A DNA stretch of 55,180 nt from contig JAUIJR010000001.1 in NCBI GenBank assembly GCA_030431075.1, positions 1 to 55,180 of the forward strand, written 5' to 3'. This document shows, piece after piece, positions 25,824 through 34,854 of this stretch (the first letter of the stretch is position 1; each line of letters starts with the position of its first letter). A model generated the notes under the pieces. That model was not told the DNA's origin. It was given only the letters and a program-made list of their open reading frames with translations, and did no database searches. Both the position numbers and the translations under genes were made by a program. The DNA comes from Polyangia bacterium (GTDB lineage Bacteria > Myxococcota_A > Polyangia > Nannocystales > Nannocystaceae).

Positions 25824-28433
25824 TCAGGGGGCGTCGAGGGTCCACGGCGCGATGAGCTGCGCTTCGCCCTGCTCGAGGAAGATCAAGCTCAGCGGCAAGC
25901 GAGCCAAGGTCAGGTCCACGACCTTTTGCAGCGGCGCGCGCCGGGCCTCATTGCGACGCGTCCGGCCACGCTCGAGCTTTTCGCCCACGGTGCCGAGGTC
26001 TTCGAAGATGAGGGCCAAGATGCCCTCGCGCCGCGGAAAGACGCGGACCTCGACCGGGGGAAAGCGAGCGCTCTTCCCCTGGGTGCCGAGCCAGTCGAGC
26101 GCAGCGTCCAGTCCCCCGATATCGTCGACGAGGTCGATGGCCAAGGCGTCGCGCCCGGCGTAGACGTGTCCACGCCCGAGCTCGTCGACCTGCTCCACGG
26201 TCATCTCGCGGGCGTCGGCCACACGCCGACGAAAAAGGTCGTAGATGCGCTGCATGCTGGCTTCGAGGCGACGCCGCTCCTCGTCGTCGAAGGGCTTGTA
26301 GATGCTCTGTGCGCTCGCCATGCGGCCGCGCGAGATGGTGTCGACGCCGACGCCGAGTTTTTCGAGCAGGCCCGAGACGTCGAAGTGCATCGAGACGACG
26401 CCGATCGAGCCCGTGATCGTCGTGTCGAGGGCGAAGACCTGGCGGGCGCCGGCCGCGACGTAGTAGCCGCCGCTGGCGGCGACGTTGCTCATCGACACGA
26501 CGATGGGAGGACTCGAGCGTGGGTCTCGCTCGAAGGCCTGGCGGGTGCGGTCGACCTCGCGGTGGATGATCTCCGAGGCCAGGGCCGATCCACCGGGCGA
26601 GTCCACGCGCAGCACGATGCCGCGGCAGGCCGGGTCTTCACGCAAGTTGCGCAGCTGCTCGGCGATGCTGTCCCCGCCGGCGAAGCTCAGGTTCAAAAAG
26701 GGCACCTGCATGCTCTTGCCGTCGGTGATGGTGCCCTCGACCAAGACGACCGCGAGGTAAGGCGCCTTGGACCAGGTCTCGCGCTCGGGGGCGAGGGGAT
26801 CGAAGTCGCGTTCATCGACCCGGATCTCGAGGCGCTCCTCGATCTTGCGCAGGATCTCGTCTCGGTGCAGGACTTCGTCGACAAAGCCCATCTCGACGGC
26901 CTCTTGGGGGCCGTGGGGGGCCGCGTCGACAAAGGCCCGGACCTCGGCCAGCGTCTTTTGTCGCGCCTGGGCCACGTCGTGCACGAAGACCTCGAACTCG
27001 GCGTCCAAGAGCGCTTCGCGTTGCTCGCGATCGTAGCTCGAGCGGTCGGAGCGCGAGAACATCTCGTGCGCCGACTTGTACTCGCGGATGTGCATGGCCT
27101 CGACGCGCACGCCGAGCTTGGCCAGCAGATCTTTGAAGTACAGGCCCGTGCTCGAAAGGCCGTAGACGGCGAGCTCGCCGCCCGGATGCACGAAGACCCC
27201 CTCGGCCACACTGGCCAGGTAGTAGTCGGAGAGGTCGGCGTTCTCGAGGTAGGCGTAGATGTGCACGCCGGCGTTGCGCGCCCGGATCAGCGCGTCGCGC
27301 AGCTCCTCCATCGCGGCGAAGCCCATGCCCACTGAGCGCGCGTCGAGCAACAAGATCGCTCGGCCGCCGGCGGCCTCGGCTCGCCGCACGCGTGCGAGCA
27401 GGCGAAGCAAGCTGCGCTGGCCGGTGACTCGGCTCAGCTCGATGCGCTCGACGTCGACCGGTCGCATCCAAACGCCGCGTCCCTTGCGGCGGGTCCCGAG
27501 GTGCGCGGCCAAGCTCACCCCCGAAAGGCCCGGGTTGGGTCCGATGTGGGTGCCGACCTCGAAGCCGGTGTAGTCCCAGTCGAAGCCGAGGCTCAAGCCC
27601 GTGCGCAGGGCACGGTCGCGGGCCTCCACGGCCAAGGTCGCCTCGTCGAGACGCACCACGGGCACCTGCTCGAGCTCGGCCGCGAAGCGCAGACCCTGCC
27701 AGCGGCCGACCAAGCGACCGTGCGCAAGCAGGTCTTCTCCGCCAAAGCCGCGAAAAAAGCGGCCGTCGGCCTGGTCGACGCGCGCCCGCACACCCCCGGC
27801 GACTTCGAGCCAGCGAGTCCCGAGCGGTCGCAGCGCGAGCTCACCATCCAAGGCGAAAAAGGCCCGGGTACCGAGCGGCCGTAGATCCGCCGGACCAAAG
27901 CGTGCCGTCACCCCCAAGCTCGCCCAGTTCGTCAGGCGCAGGAGCATGCCGAGGTCGATGTCGGCTTGACGGATCCACACGCCGTTCGCCCGCAGCCCGT
28001 GCACGCCGATGCCGAGGCTGCCGCGGTCCGGGTCGCCGATGGCCACCGCGCCGCCGATCTTCACGGCGTCGGGCTGCAAGCCGAGCTCGGCGTCGAAAGT
28101 GCCGCCGTCGAAGCCGGGCCGCAGCACCTGCACGTCGAAGCCGGCGGCCACGCCGGCGATGCCCGCGCCTACGAAGGCGCCCACGCCGTCCCCGCGGCCG
28201 TAGCGATCGGGAGAGATGTAGGCCCGCAAGCCGAGGTCGATCCCGCGGATGTCGGTGAGCATGGCCGGATTCAGCTCGATGCTGGTGGCGTCGCCCTCAC
28301 CGGAGATGTCGTGCATCGTTCGGTCGACGCCGTCACTGGCGGCGCGATCGATGGCGACGGGGTCTTGGGCGGCGGCGGGGGAGGCCGCGAACAGGAGGGG
28401 GAGGGCCAAGGCCCAGCGGGGCAGGGGCTTCAT
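25824..28433 (-). CDS. sppA: signal peptide peptidase SppA, 67K (tandem S49) type, with a beta-barrel-like N-terminal domain of about 330 aa
   Basis: Two S49 halves are present. The Lys region is IREYKSAHEMF and the Ser region is MSNVAASGGYYVAAGA. The N-terminus has a Sec signal (MKPLPRWALALPLLFAASPAAA). About 330 aa of alternating hydrophobic/Gly-rich strands then take the place of the usual TM anchor. Confidence 0.85.
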   Translation of the reverse strand: MKPLPRWALALPLLFAASPAAAQDPVAIDRAASDGVDRTMHDISGEGDATSIELNPAMLTDIRGIDLGLRAYISPDRYGRGDGVGAFVGAGIAGVAAGFDVQVLRPGFDGGTFDAELGLQPDAVKIGGAVAIGDPDRGSLGIGVHGLRANGVWIRQADIDLGMLLRLTNWASLGVTARFGPADLRPLGTRAFFALDGELALRPLGTRWLEVAGGVRARVDQADGRFFRGFGGEDLLAHGRLVGRWQGLRFAAELEQVPVVRLDEATLAVEARDRALRTGLSLGFDWDYTGFEVGTHIGPNPGLSGVSLAAHLGTRRKGRGVWMRPVDVERIELSRVTGQRSLLRLLARVRRAEAAGGRAILLLDARSVGMGFAAMEELRDALIRARNAGVHIYAYLENADLSDYYLASVAEGVFVHPGGELAVYGLSSTGLYFKDLLAKLGVRVEAMHIREYKSAHEMFSRSDRSSYDREQREALLDAEFEVFVHDVAQARQKTLAEVRAFVDAAPHGPQEAVEMGFVDEVLHRDEILRKIEERLEIRVDERDFDPLAPERETWSKAPYLAVVLVEGTITDGKSMQVPFLNLSFAGGDSIAEQLRNLREDPACRGIVLRVDSPGGSALASEIIHREVDRTRQAFERDPRSSPPIVVSMSNVAASGGYYVAAGARQVFALDTTITGSIGVVSMHFDVSGLLEKLGVGVDTISRGRMASAQSIYKPFDDEERRRLEASMQRIYDLFRRRVADAREMTVEQVDELGRGHVYAGRDALAIDLVDDIGGLDAALDWLGTQGKSARFPPVEVRVFPRREGILALIFEDLGTVGEKLERGRTRRNEARRAPLQKVVDLTLARLPLSLIFLEQGEAQLIAPWTLDAP

Positions 28434-28873
28434 TGCAGTTCGCGCTCCGGAATCTCGTCGACGATGGCCAAGATGTAGCGGACGGCCACGAGGCGCAGGC
28501 TCTCATCCCAAGGGACGGTGACGCCCCGTTCCTTGGCGATGAGCACCTTCGAGCCCAGGGGCACGCCGGAGACGTTCTCGCCCAAGCTGGCCACGGCATC
28601 CTCTGCGTCGTCTTCGTCGTAGGTCACCGAGACGGGCATCGTCCGCGCGACCTCGACCACCTCGCACAAGAGGGCCTCTGCGTGCTCCTCTTTGGCGCCC
28701 TTCGGCAAAAAGAGGCCCGACTCGAGTTGGTCGGGGCTCGGCGTGACGCGGACCAGGACCCGCGGGCCGAGGGGCTGCACGTGACGCGTGAGTTTTTCGG
28801 GGCGCGAGGGCGCCTCGCCGCCATCGACGGAGTCGTCGCCCTCGAGAGCCTTCTTGGCGCGCGATTTGGCCAT
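28430..28873 (-). CDS. GroES/Cpn10-family protein with charged N-terminal extension
   Basis: The internal ATG at 28873 gives MAKSRAKKALEGDD.... The core VQPLGPRVLVRV...ESGLFLPKGAKEE...CEVVEVA...LGSKVLIAKERG...ILAIV follows the GroES pattern (PLxDRVLV, GIxxP, VGDxV, ILAIV). Its stop overlaps the sppA start (ATGA). Confidence 0.6.
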   Translation of the reverse strand: MAKSRAKKALEGDDSVDGGEAPSRPEKLTRHVQPLGPRVLVRVTPSPDQLESGLFLPKGAKEEHAEALLCEVVEVARTMPVSVTYDEDDAEDAVASLGENVSGVPLGSKVLIAKERGVTVPWDESLRLVAVRYILAIVDEIPERELQ

Positions 28874-28900
28874 TGCGCGAGAGGGTAGCCAAAGCCGCGG

Positions 28901-28944
28901 CGCCTTGTGGGTGGACCGGCCCGGTCGCCTTGTGGCACAAGGCG
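28901..28944. promoter_or_regulatory. operator-like repeat set (CGCCTTGTGG x2 direct, plus one inverted copy forming a 9-bp-arm palindrome)
   Basis: Read directly from the sequence. CGCCTTGTGG occurs at 28901-28910 and 28926-28935. The stretch 28926-28944 reads CGCCTTGTG-G-CACAAGGCG. It lies in the divergent region between groES-like/sppA and cysDN. Confidence 0.35.
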
Positions 28945-29090
28945 GCCCCGGAGCGGGGCGCGCACCCGGTAAATCCGGTACGATGCCGTGTAAAACCTGC
29001 GTCGAAACCCTCGGCGGCTTCAAATTGCCCCGCAAATAAGCCCCTTGCCCCGAATATGATTTGCGATAAAACCCGGGAGTTCGCCCGACC

Positions 29091-29996
29091 ATGACGAACG
29101 CAAGCCTGACCCACCTTCGCCAACTCGAGGCGGAGAGCATCCACATCATCCGCGAAGTCGTCGCCGAGTTCGAAAAGCCCGTGATGCTTTTCTCGATCGG
29201 CAAGGACTCGATGGTGATGTTGTGGCTCGCCCTCAAAGCCTTCTACCCGGGCAAGCCGCCCTTTCCGCTGCTGCACGTCGATACGACGTGGAAGTTCAAG
29301 GAGATGATCCGCTTCCGCGACGAGATCACGAAAAAGCTCGGCCTCGAGTGTTTCGTGCACACCAACCAAGAGGCGAAGAAGGCGGGGATTAACCCCTTCG
29401 ACCACGGGGGTCGCTACACGGACATCATGAAGACCGACGCGCTCAAACAAGCGCTGTCGCACCACCAGTTCGACGCGGCCTTCGGCGGGGCGCGACGCGA
29501 CGAGGAGCGCTCGCGGGCGAAGGAGCGTGTCTACAGCTTTCGCGATGCGAGCCACCAGTGGGACCCGAAGAACCAGCGCCCGGAGCTGTGGCGCCTGTAC
29601 AACGGACGCATCGCCAAAGGCGAGAGCATCCGCGTGTTCCCGCTGTCCAACTGGACCGAGCTCGACGTGTGGCAGTACATCCACCTCGAGAACATCCCCA
29701 TCGTACCGCTCTACTACGCCAAGGAGCGCCCGGTCGTGCACCGCGACGGCACCTTGATCATGGTGGACGACGAGCGCATGCGTCTCAAAGAGGGCGAGGA
29801 GCCCGAGATGCGGATGGTCCGCTTTCGTACCCTGGGCTGCTACCCGCTCACGGGCGCCATCGATTCGTCGGCGACCACCGTCCCCGAGATCGTCCACGAG
29901 ATGCTCACGGCCACCACCAGTGAGCGCCAAGGTCGCGTCATCGACCGCGACGAAGAGGCGGCCATGGAGAAGAAGAAACGCGAGGGCTACTTCTGA
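29091..29996 (+). CDS. cysD: sulfate adenylyltransferase subunit 2
   Basis: Shows full-length CysD similarity. Recognisable stretches are [40 protein letters not shown] and [17 protein letters not shown]. Confidence 0.95.
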   Translation: MTNASLTHLRQLEAESIHIIREVVAEFEKPVMLFSIGKDSMVMLWLALKAFYPGKPPFPLLHVDTTWKFKEMIRFRDEITKKLGLECFVHTNQEAKKAGINPFDHGGRYTDIMKTDALKQALSHHQFDAAFGGARRDEERSRAKERVYSFRDASHQWDPKNQRPELWRLYNGRIAKGESIRVFPLSNWTELDVWQYIHLENIPIVPLYYAKERPVVHRDGTLIMVDDERMRLKEGEEPEMRMVRFRTLGCYPLTGAIDSSATTVPEIVHEMLTATTSERQGRVIDRDEEAAMEKKKREGYF

Positions 29997-31837
29997 TGGC
30001 CGAGCTCAGCATGGATCAGATCCTGGCCTTTTTGGATCGTCACGAGAAAAAGGGCCTGCTTCGCTTCGTCACCATCGGCTCGGTGGACGACGGCAAGTCG
30101 ACCCTCATCGGGCGCCTCTTGTACGAGTCCGGCGGGGTCTTCGACGACCAGGTCGCGGCCGTCACCAGCAAGAACGCCGAGGGCAAAGAGGAGATCAACT
30201 TCGCCAACCTCACCGACGGCCTGCAAGCCGAGCGCGAGCAGGGCATCACCATCGACGTCGCCTACCGCTACTCGAGCACCGAAAAGCGCAAGTTCATCAT
30301 CGCGGACACGCCCGGGCACGTGCAGTACACGCGCAACATGGCCACGGGGGCGAGCACGGCCGACGCGGCCGTGATCTTGATCGACGCGCGCCTCGGTGTC
30401 TTGCAGCAGTCGCGGCGCCACGCCTACATCGCCAACTTGCTCGGCATCCCGCACCTGTTGGTCGCGGTGAACAAGATGGACCTCGTCGACTACGGCGAGG
30501 CCGAGTTCAACGCGATCCGCGACGAGTTCCAGAGCTTTTGCGACAAGCTCGACTTCGACGCGGTGAGCTTTTTTCCGGTCAGCGCCCTCGAGGGCGACAA
30601 CATCGTCAAGCGTTCCGAGCGCACCAGCTGGTGGGATGGTCGGCCCTTGCTCGCGCACCTCGAAGAGCTCGAGGTCCGTGGGAGTGCCGAGGCGCAGCTG
30701 GTCTATCCGATCCAGCACGTCATCCGCCCCGACCTCGACTTTCGCGGCTATGCGGGCACCTTGGCCGCCGGCACGGTGCGACCGGGCGACGAGGTCAAGG
30801 TGCTCCCCTCGGGCAAGACCAGCAAGGTCGAGCGCATCGTCACCTACGATGGAGACCTCGAGCAGGCCTTCGCGCCGATGTCGGTGGTGCTCACCCTCGA
30901 AGACGAGATCGACATCTCGCGCGGTGACGTCATCACGACGGTCGAGAACGACCTGCACATCAGTCGCAAGATCGACGCGACGGTCGTGTGGATGGCGGAG
31001 CAGCGCCTCGAGCCCGGCCGCCAGTACATGATCAAGCACACCACCAACTTGGTGTCGGGTGCCTTCACCGAGGTCCACAGCCGGGTCGACATGGACACCC
31101 TCGAGGACCAGCCGGCCGAGACCCTCGCTCTCAACGACGTCGGCCACGTCACCTTGAGCCTCAACCGGCCCTTGGTGCTCGACACCTACCGCGCCAACCA
31201 TGTCGCGGGCTCCTTCATCGTCATCGACCGCCTGAGCAACGTGACGGTGGGGGCGGGGATGATCCGCTCGCACGGCGAGGACTACCAAGCCGACAGCGCG
31301 ACGGTCGCCCGCGGCCTCACGCCGACCGAACGTGCGGCCCGCTTCGGGCAAAAGCCCTGCGTGGTGTGGATGACCGGGCGCAGCGGCGTCGGCAAGATCG
31401 TGGTGGCCCGTGCGCTCGAGCGTCGCTTGTTCGACGCGGGGCATGCCCCCTACGTGCTCGACGCAGCGCGCACCCCCTCGATCGATCGCCACGCGCAAGG
31501 TGAGGCCTTTGGTCCCTTGGTGGAGCATGCGGCCGTGCTGCTCGAGGCCGGCTTGCTGACGGTGGTCACCTTCACCTCTCCGCGCCGCGAAGACCGGGCG
31601 AAGGCCCGCGAACTCTTGGGGGCCGACGCGCGCTTCTTGGAAGTGGCCTTCGACGCCGAGCTCGCCACCTGTCGCGCGCGTTTGCAGGCGCTGGGTCGAG
31701 ACCCGGCCGAGGCCGAGCAGGCCTACGAGAGCTCGGTCGACCCCGACTTGGTCATCGACGGGGACGAGCTGAACATCGAGCGCGAGGTCGACCGACTCGT
31801 GCGCGTGCTCGAGAACGTCGGCGCGATCGGCATCTAG
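29996..31837 (+). CDS. cysN: sulfate adenylyltransferase subunit 1 (GTPase) fused to an APS-kinase-like C-terminal domain
   Basis: The start overlaps the cysD stop (TGATG). GTPase motifs GSVDDGKST, DTPGH and NKMD are intact. The C-terminal domain of about 165 aa aligns to CysC, but its motifs are degenerate (see findings). Confidence 0.9.
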   Translation: MAELSMDQILAFLDRHEKKGLLRFVTIGSVDDGKSTLIGRLLYESGGVFDDQVAAVTSKNAEGKEEINFANLTDGLQAEREQGITIDVAYRYSSTEKRKFIIADTPGHVQYTRNMATGASTADAAVILIDARLGVLQQSRRHAYIANLLGIPHLLVAVNKMDLVDYGEAEFNAIRDEFQSFCDKLDFDAVSFFPVSALEGDNIVKRSERTSWWDGRPLLAHLEELEVRGSAEAQLVYPIQHVIRPDLDFRGYAGTLAAGTVRPGDEVKVLPSGKTSKVERIVTYDGDLEQAFAPMSVVLTLEDEIDISRGDVITTVENDLHISRKIDATVVWMAEQRLEPGRQYMIKHTTNLVSGAFTEVHSRVDMDTLEDQPAETLALNDVGHVTLSLNRPLVLDTYRANHVAGSFIVIDRLSNVTVGAGMIRSHGEDYQADSATVARGLTPTERAARFGQKPCVVWMTGRSGVGKIVVARALERRLFDAGHAPYVLDAARTPSIDRHAQGEAFGPLVEHAAVLLEAGLLTVVTFTSPRREDRAKARELLGADARFLEVAFDAELATCRARLQALGRDPAEAEQAYESSVDPDLVIDGDELNIEREVDRLVRVLENVGAIGI

Positions 31838-31855
31838 GCCGAGGCCGAAGCGGGT

Positions 31856-33235
31856 TCAATCGAGTGGCTCGGCCACCAGGCTGTGCCCGGTGGTCGAGAC
31901 CACTTTGGCGCGGAGTAACTCACCGCGCTCGGCCACGCCCAGCGGCAAGAGCACCCGGTAGAAGTTGGGCGTACGTCCCATCAGCCGGTCCTTGCGCTTG
32001 GACGGGCCGATCACCAGAACCTCGACCTCTTTGCCGACCTGCGCGTCGTGGGCCTCGCGGGTGTGCTGCTCTTGCAGCGCGATGACCTCTTGGAGGCGGC
32101 GCAGCTTCGTCGCTTCGGGGATGTCGTCCTCGAGTTTCCGCGAGGCGTAGGTGATGCCGCGATCGGAGTATTTGAACATGAAGGCGAAGTCGAAACGGAT
32201 CTCGCGCATCATGGCCAGGGTCTCGGCGTGGTCTTCTTCGCTCTCGCCGCAAAAGCCGACCATCAAGTCGGTGGAGATGGCGATCTCGGGCACGGCCGCC
32301 CGCAGCTTACGGACCAAGGTGAGGAACTCGTCCTTGCTGTAGCCGCGACGCATGCGCTCGAGCACCGGATCGCTACCGACCTGCAAGGGCATGTGCACGT
32401 AGGGCATGACCTTGGGCTCGGTGGCGATGGCGTCGATGACCTCGTCCGAAAAGTCGACCGGGTAGGGGGAGGTAAAGCGGATCCGCTCGATGCCCTCGAT
32501 GCGCGCCACGGCTCGCAGCAGGTCGGCGAAGTTCACGTCCTCCCAGCGGTAGGAGTTCACGGTCTGCCCGAGCAAGGTGACCTCTTTGTAGCCGGCGTCG
32601 GCAAAGGCCTTGGCCTGGCGTAGAACCTCGCGCGGCGCCACGCCCCGCTCGCGCCCACGTGTGTAGGGCACGACGCAAAAGGTGCAGAACTTGTCACAGC
32701 CGCGCTGAATCGTGACGAAGCCCGAGATGCCATCGTTGCGCATGTCGGCATCGAGGCCCTCGTAGGTCTCGGCCTTGTCGAGGTGCACGTCGACGGCTCG
32801 CTCGCCGCCGCGCGCGAGGTCCACGAGCTCGGCGATGTTGCGGTAGCTGTCGGGGCCGGCGACCAAGCTCACGTGCGGGGCGGTGGTGGCCAGCTTCTCG
32901 CGCAGGTGTTCGGCCATGCAGCCCGTGATCCCGATGACCACCTCGGGGCGATCTTTTTGGAAACGGGAGAGCTGGGAGGTGCGGCCGTAGACTCGGTCCT
33001 CGGCTTTCTCGCGGACCGCACAGGTGTTGACCAAGATGACGTCGGCGTCCTCGGGGCTGCGCGTACTCGCGTAGCCGGCGCGGCGCAGCTGCCCGACGAT
33101 CAGGGCCGAGTCCGCCTCGTTCATCTGGCAGCCAAAGGTCTCTACGTAGACCTTCGGCGCGTCGGCGGGCAGGGCCGTCGCGGGGGCAGATGCATCGGCG
33201 CTCGATTTACGCCGCAGTTGGACCAGGTCGGCCAC
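31856..33235 (-). CDS. miaB: tRNA (N6-isopentenyl-A37) methylthiotransferase
   Basis: Contains the UPF0004 N-domain (VYVETFGCQMNEADS, VNTCAVREKAE), the radical-SAM motif GCDKFCTFCVVPYTRG, and a C-terminal TRAM-like end. Confidence 0.9.
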   Translation of the reverse strand: MADLVQLRRKSSADASAPATALPADAPKVYVETFGCQMNEADSALIVGQLRRAGYASTRSPEDADVILVNTCAVREKAEDRVYGRTSQLSRFQKDRPEVVIGITGCMAEHLREKLATTAPHVSLVAGPDSYRNIAELVDLARGGERAVDVHLDKAETYEGLDADMRNDGISGFVTIQRGCDKFCTFCVVPYTRGRERGVAPREVLRQAKAFADAGYKEVTLLGQTVNSYRWEDVNFADLLRAVARIEGIERIRFTSPYPVDFSDEVIDAIATEPKVMPYVHMPLQVGSDPVLERMRRGYSKDEFLTLVRKLRAAVPEIAISTDLMVGFCGESEEDHAETLAMMREIRFDFAFMFKYSDRGITYASRKLEDDIPEATKLRRLQEVIALQEQHTREAHDAQVGKEVEVLVIGPSKRKDRLMGRTPNFYRVLLPLGVAERGELLRAKVVSTTGHSLVAEPLD

Positions 33236-33409
33236 GGGGCGCGAACTCTACGCGAAGGGGCCGCCGCCGGCCACGGGCCGAGGCCGGGTCCTGTCGCCAA
33301 AGCGCGTGCCGCGCGCCGAGCCTTTCGCCCGCCCGCCGGCGCGGCTATAACTCCTGCGCGGATCCGCCGCTGCATCGCCCGCGGCGACGGATCTTCAGGT
33401 GGAGCGCCC

Positions 33410-34774
33410 ATGCGACAGCACCGAAGCATCACGATCATCTCCGGACTGGCCCTTTGCGGGCTACTGACGGCGTGTACCTCCAACTCGGCCGGCAAGACCG
33501 AGCCGCGCAAGGCCGAGGGCCTCGAGGACATCGAGCGCGACGGCAAGAAGGGCAAGAAGAAGCGCGCGAAGGTCGAGCAAGCGCCCTTGCCGCCCATCCC
33601 CAACGAGCCCGTGGCCGTCGTCAATGGCGTCGAGATCAGCAACAAGGCCTTCCGCTCGATCTACGACCTCAAGGTTCAAAAGTACGCCGACCGCGACAAG
33701 ACCATGCCGCCGACGGCGGACCGTCGCTATCGGCGCTCGATCGTCGAGCGTCTGGTCTACCACGAGCTGCTGCGCCAAGAGGCCGAGAAGCTCGGCATCA
33801 GCTACGACGAGGCCAAGCTCGAAGAGCGCCTGCGCGTTCAAAAAGAGGGCGTGAGCGACTGGGAGGCGCACCTGCGTCGCCGCGGCGAGTCCGACGCCTC
33901 CTTGCGCGACATCTACATCAAAGAGCTGCTCGAGCTGGCCATCTTGGAGCACACCGGCGTGCTGGTGGTGCAGCCCAACGACCTTCAAGCCGAGTACGAG
34001 AAGTTTCGGACGAGTTTCGACAAGCCCGTCGAGCGAGTCCGCGTCTCGCACATCCTCGTGCGGATCGGGCCCGACCCCAAAGACCCGACTCGGCCCAAGG
34101 GCGCCCCGAGCGAGGCCGATCAAAAGAAGTACGAGGCCGAAGCGCTGGCCAAGGCGCAGGCCTTGGCGGAGCAAGCCCGCGCGCCGGGAGCCGACTTCGC
34201 CAAGATCGCCGAGACCTCCTCCGACGGTCCCAGTGCGCGCAAGGGCGGCGACCTCAACATCGTGCAGCCCGACCGCATGCCGAAGGAGTTTTCGGACGTC
34301 GCCTTCTCGATCCCGATCGGGCAGGTCAGCGACCCGGTCAAGACCAAGTTCGGCTACCACGTCATCAAGGTGGCGGCGAAGTATCCCGCGGGCCTGCTTC
34401 CGCTCGCAGCCGTCGAAGACCAGCTGCGAGAGCGCCTGGATCTGACCAAGCTGCGCGACGGTCGACAAAAGCTGCGCGAGCGGCTGATGGCCGAAGGCAA
34501 GATCGTCGACAACATGGACAAGTGGCTCGGGCCTGAACCCAACCGGCCGCAGCCGCCGCGGGGTCATGGTGGCCATGGAGACCAGAAGGCGAAAGGGCCC
34601 AAGGCGGGCAAGAAGCCCGGCAAAGGTAGAGAGGCGCAGCCAGATCCGCAGCCGACCGGCGCGTCAGCCGATCCGGCGACGCTGGGGCGTCAGCCCGAAA
34701 AGAAGCCCGAGGGCGCCAAGCCGGCGGGCAAGACAAACCCGGAGACGGGTGAGAAACAGCCCATCCCGCAGTAG
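33410..34774 (+). CDS. parvulin-type peptidyl-prolyl isomerase lipoprotein (SurA/PrsA-like) with Lys/Pro-rich tail
   Basis: The internal ATG at 33410 gives MRQHRSITIISGLALCGLLTAC, with lipobox LTAC. The parvulin core reads VRVSHILVR...GGDLNIV...FGYHVIKV. Confidence 0.8.
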   Translation: MRQHRSITIISGLALCGLLTACTSNSAGKTEPRKAEGLEDIERDGKKGKKKRAKVEQAPLPPIPNEPVAVVNGVEISNKAFRSIYDLKVQKYADRDKTMPPTADRRYRRSIVERLVYHELLRQEAEKLGISYDEAKLEERLRVQKEGVSDWEAHLRRRGESDASLRDIYIKELLELAILEHTGVLVVQPNDLQAEYEKFRTSFDKPVERVRVSHILVRIGPDPKDPTRPKGAPSEADQKKYEAEALAKAQALAEQARAPGADFAKIAETSSDGPSARKGGDLNIVQPDRMPKEFSDVAFSIPIGQVSDPVKTKFGYHVIKVAAKYPAGLLPLAAVEDQLRERLDLTKLRDGRQKLRERLMAEGKIVDNMDKWLGPEPNRPQPPRGHGGHGDQKAKGPKAGKKPGKGREAQPDPQPTGASADPATLGRQPEKKPEGAKPAGKTNPETGEKQPIPQ

Positions 34775-34791
34775 CGGCACCGGGCTGACCG

Positions 34792-34820
34792 AAGGGGCGC
34801 TCCGAAGGGGGCGCCCTTTT
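34792..34820. terminator. candidate bidirectional stem-loop between convergent genes
   Basis: AAGGGGCGC (34792-34800) pairs with GCGCCCTTT (34811-34819). That is 9 bp including one G-U, with a 10-nt loop. A T-run lies on the plus strand (34817-34820). Confidence 0.4.
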
Positions 34821-34854
34821 CGTTACGCGAACTCCACAGCGGCCCTCGCCCCAC

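Noticed and set aside
28503-31528. Two long minus-strand ORFs (28503..29930 and 29987..31528) opposite cysD/cysN
   Set aside because: cysD and cysN are among the most confidently identified genes in the window, and the antisense products are low complexity.
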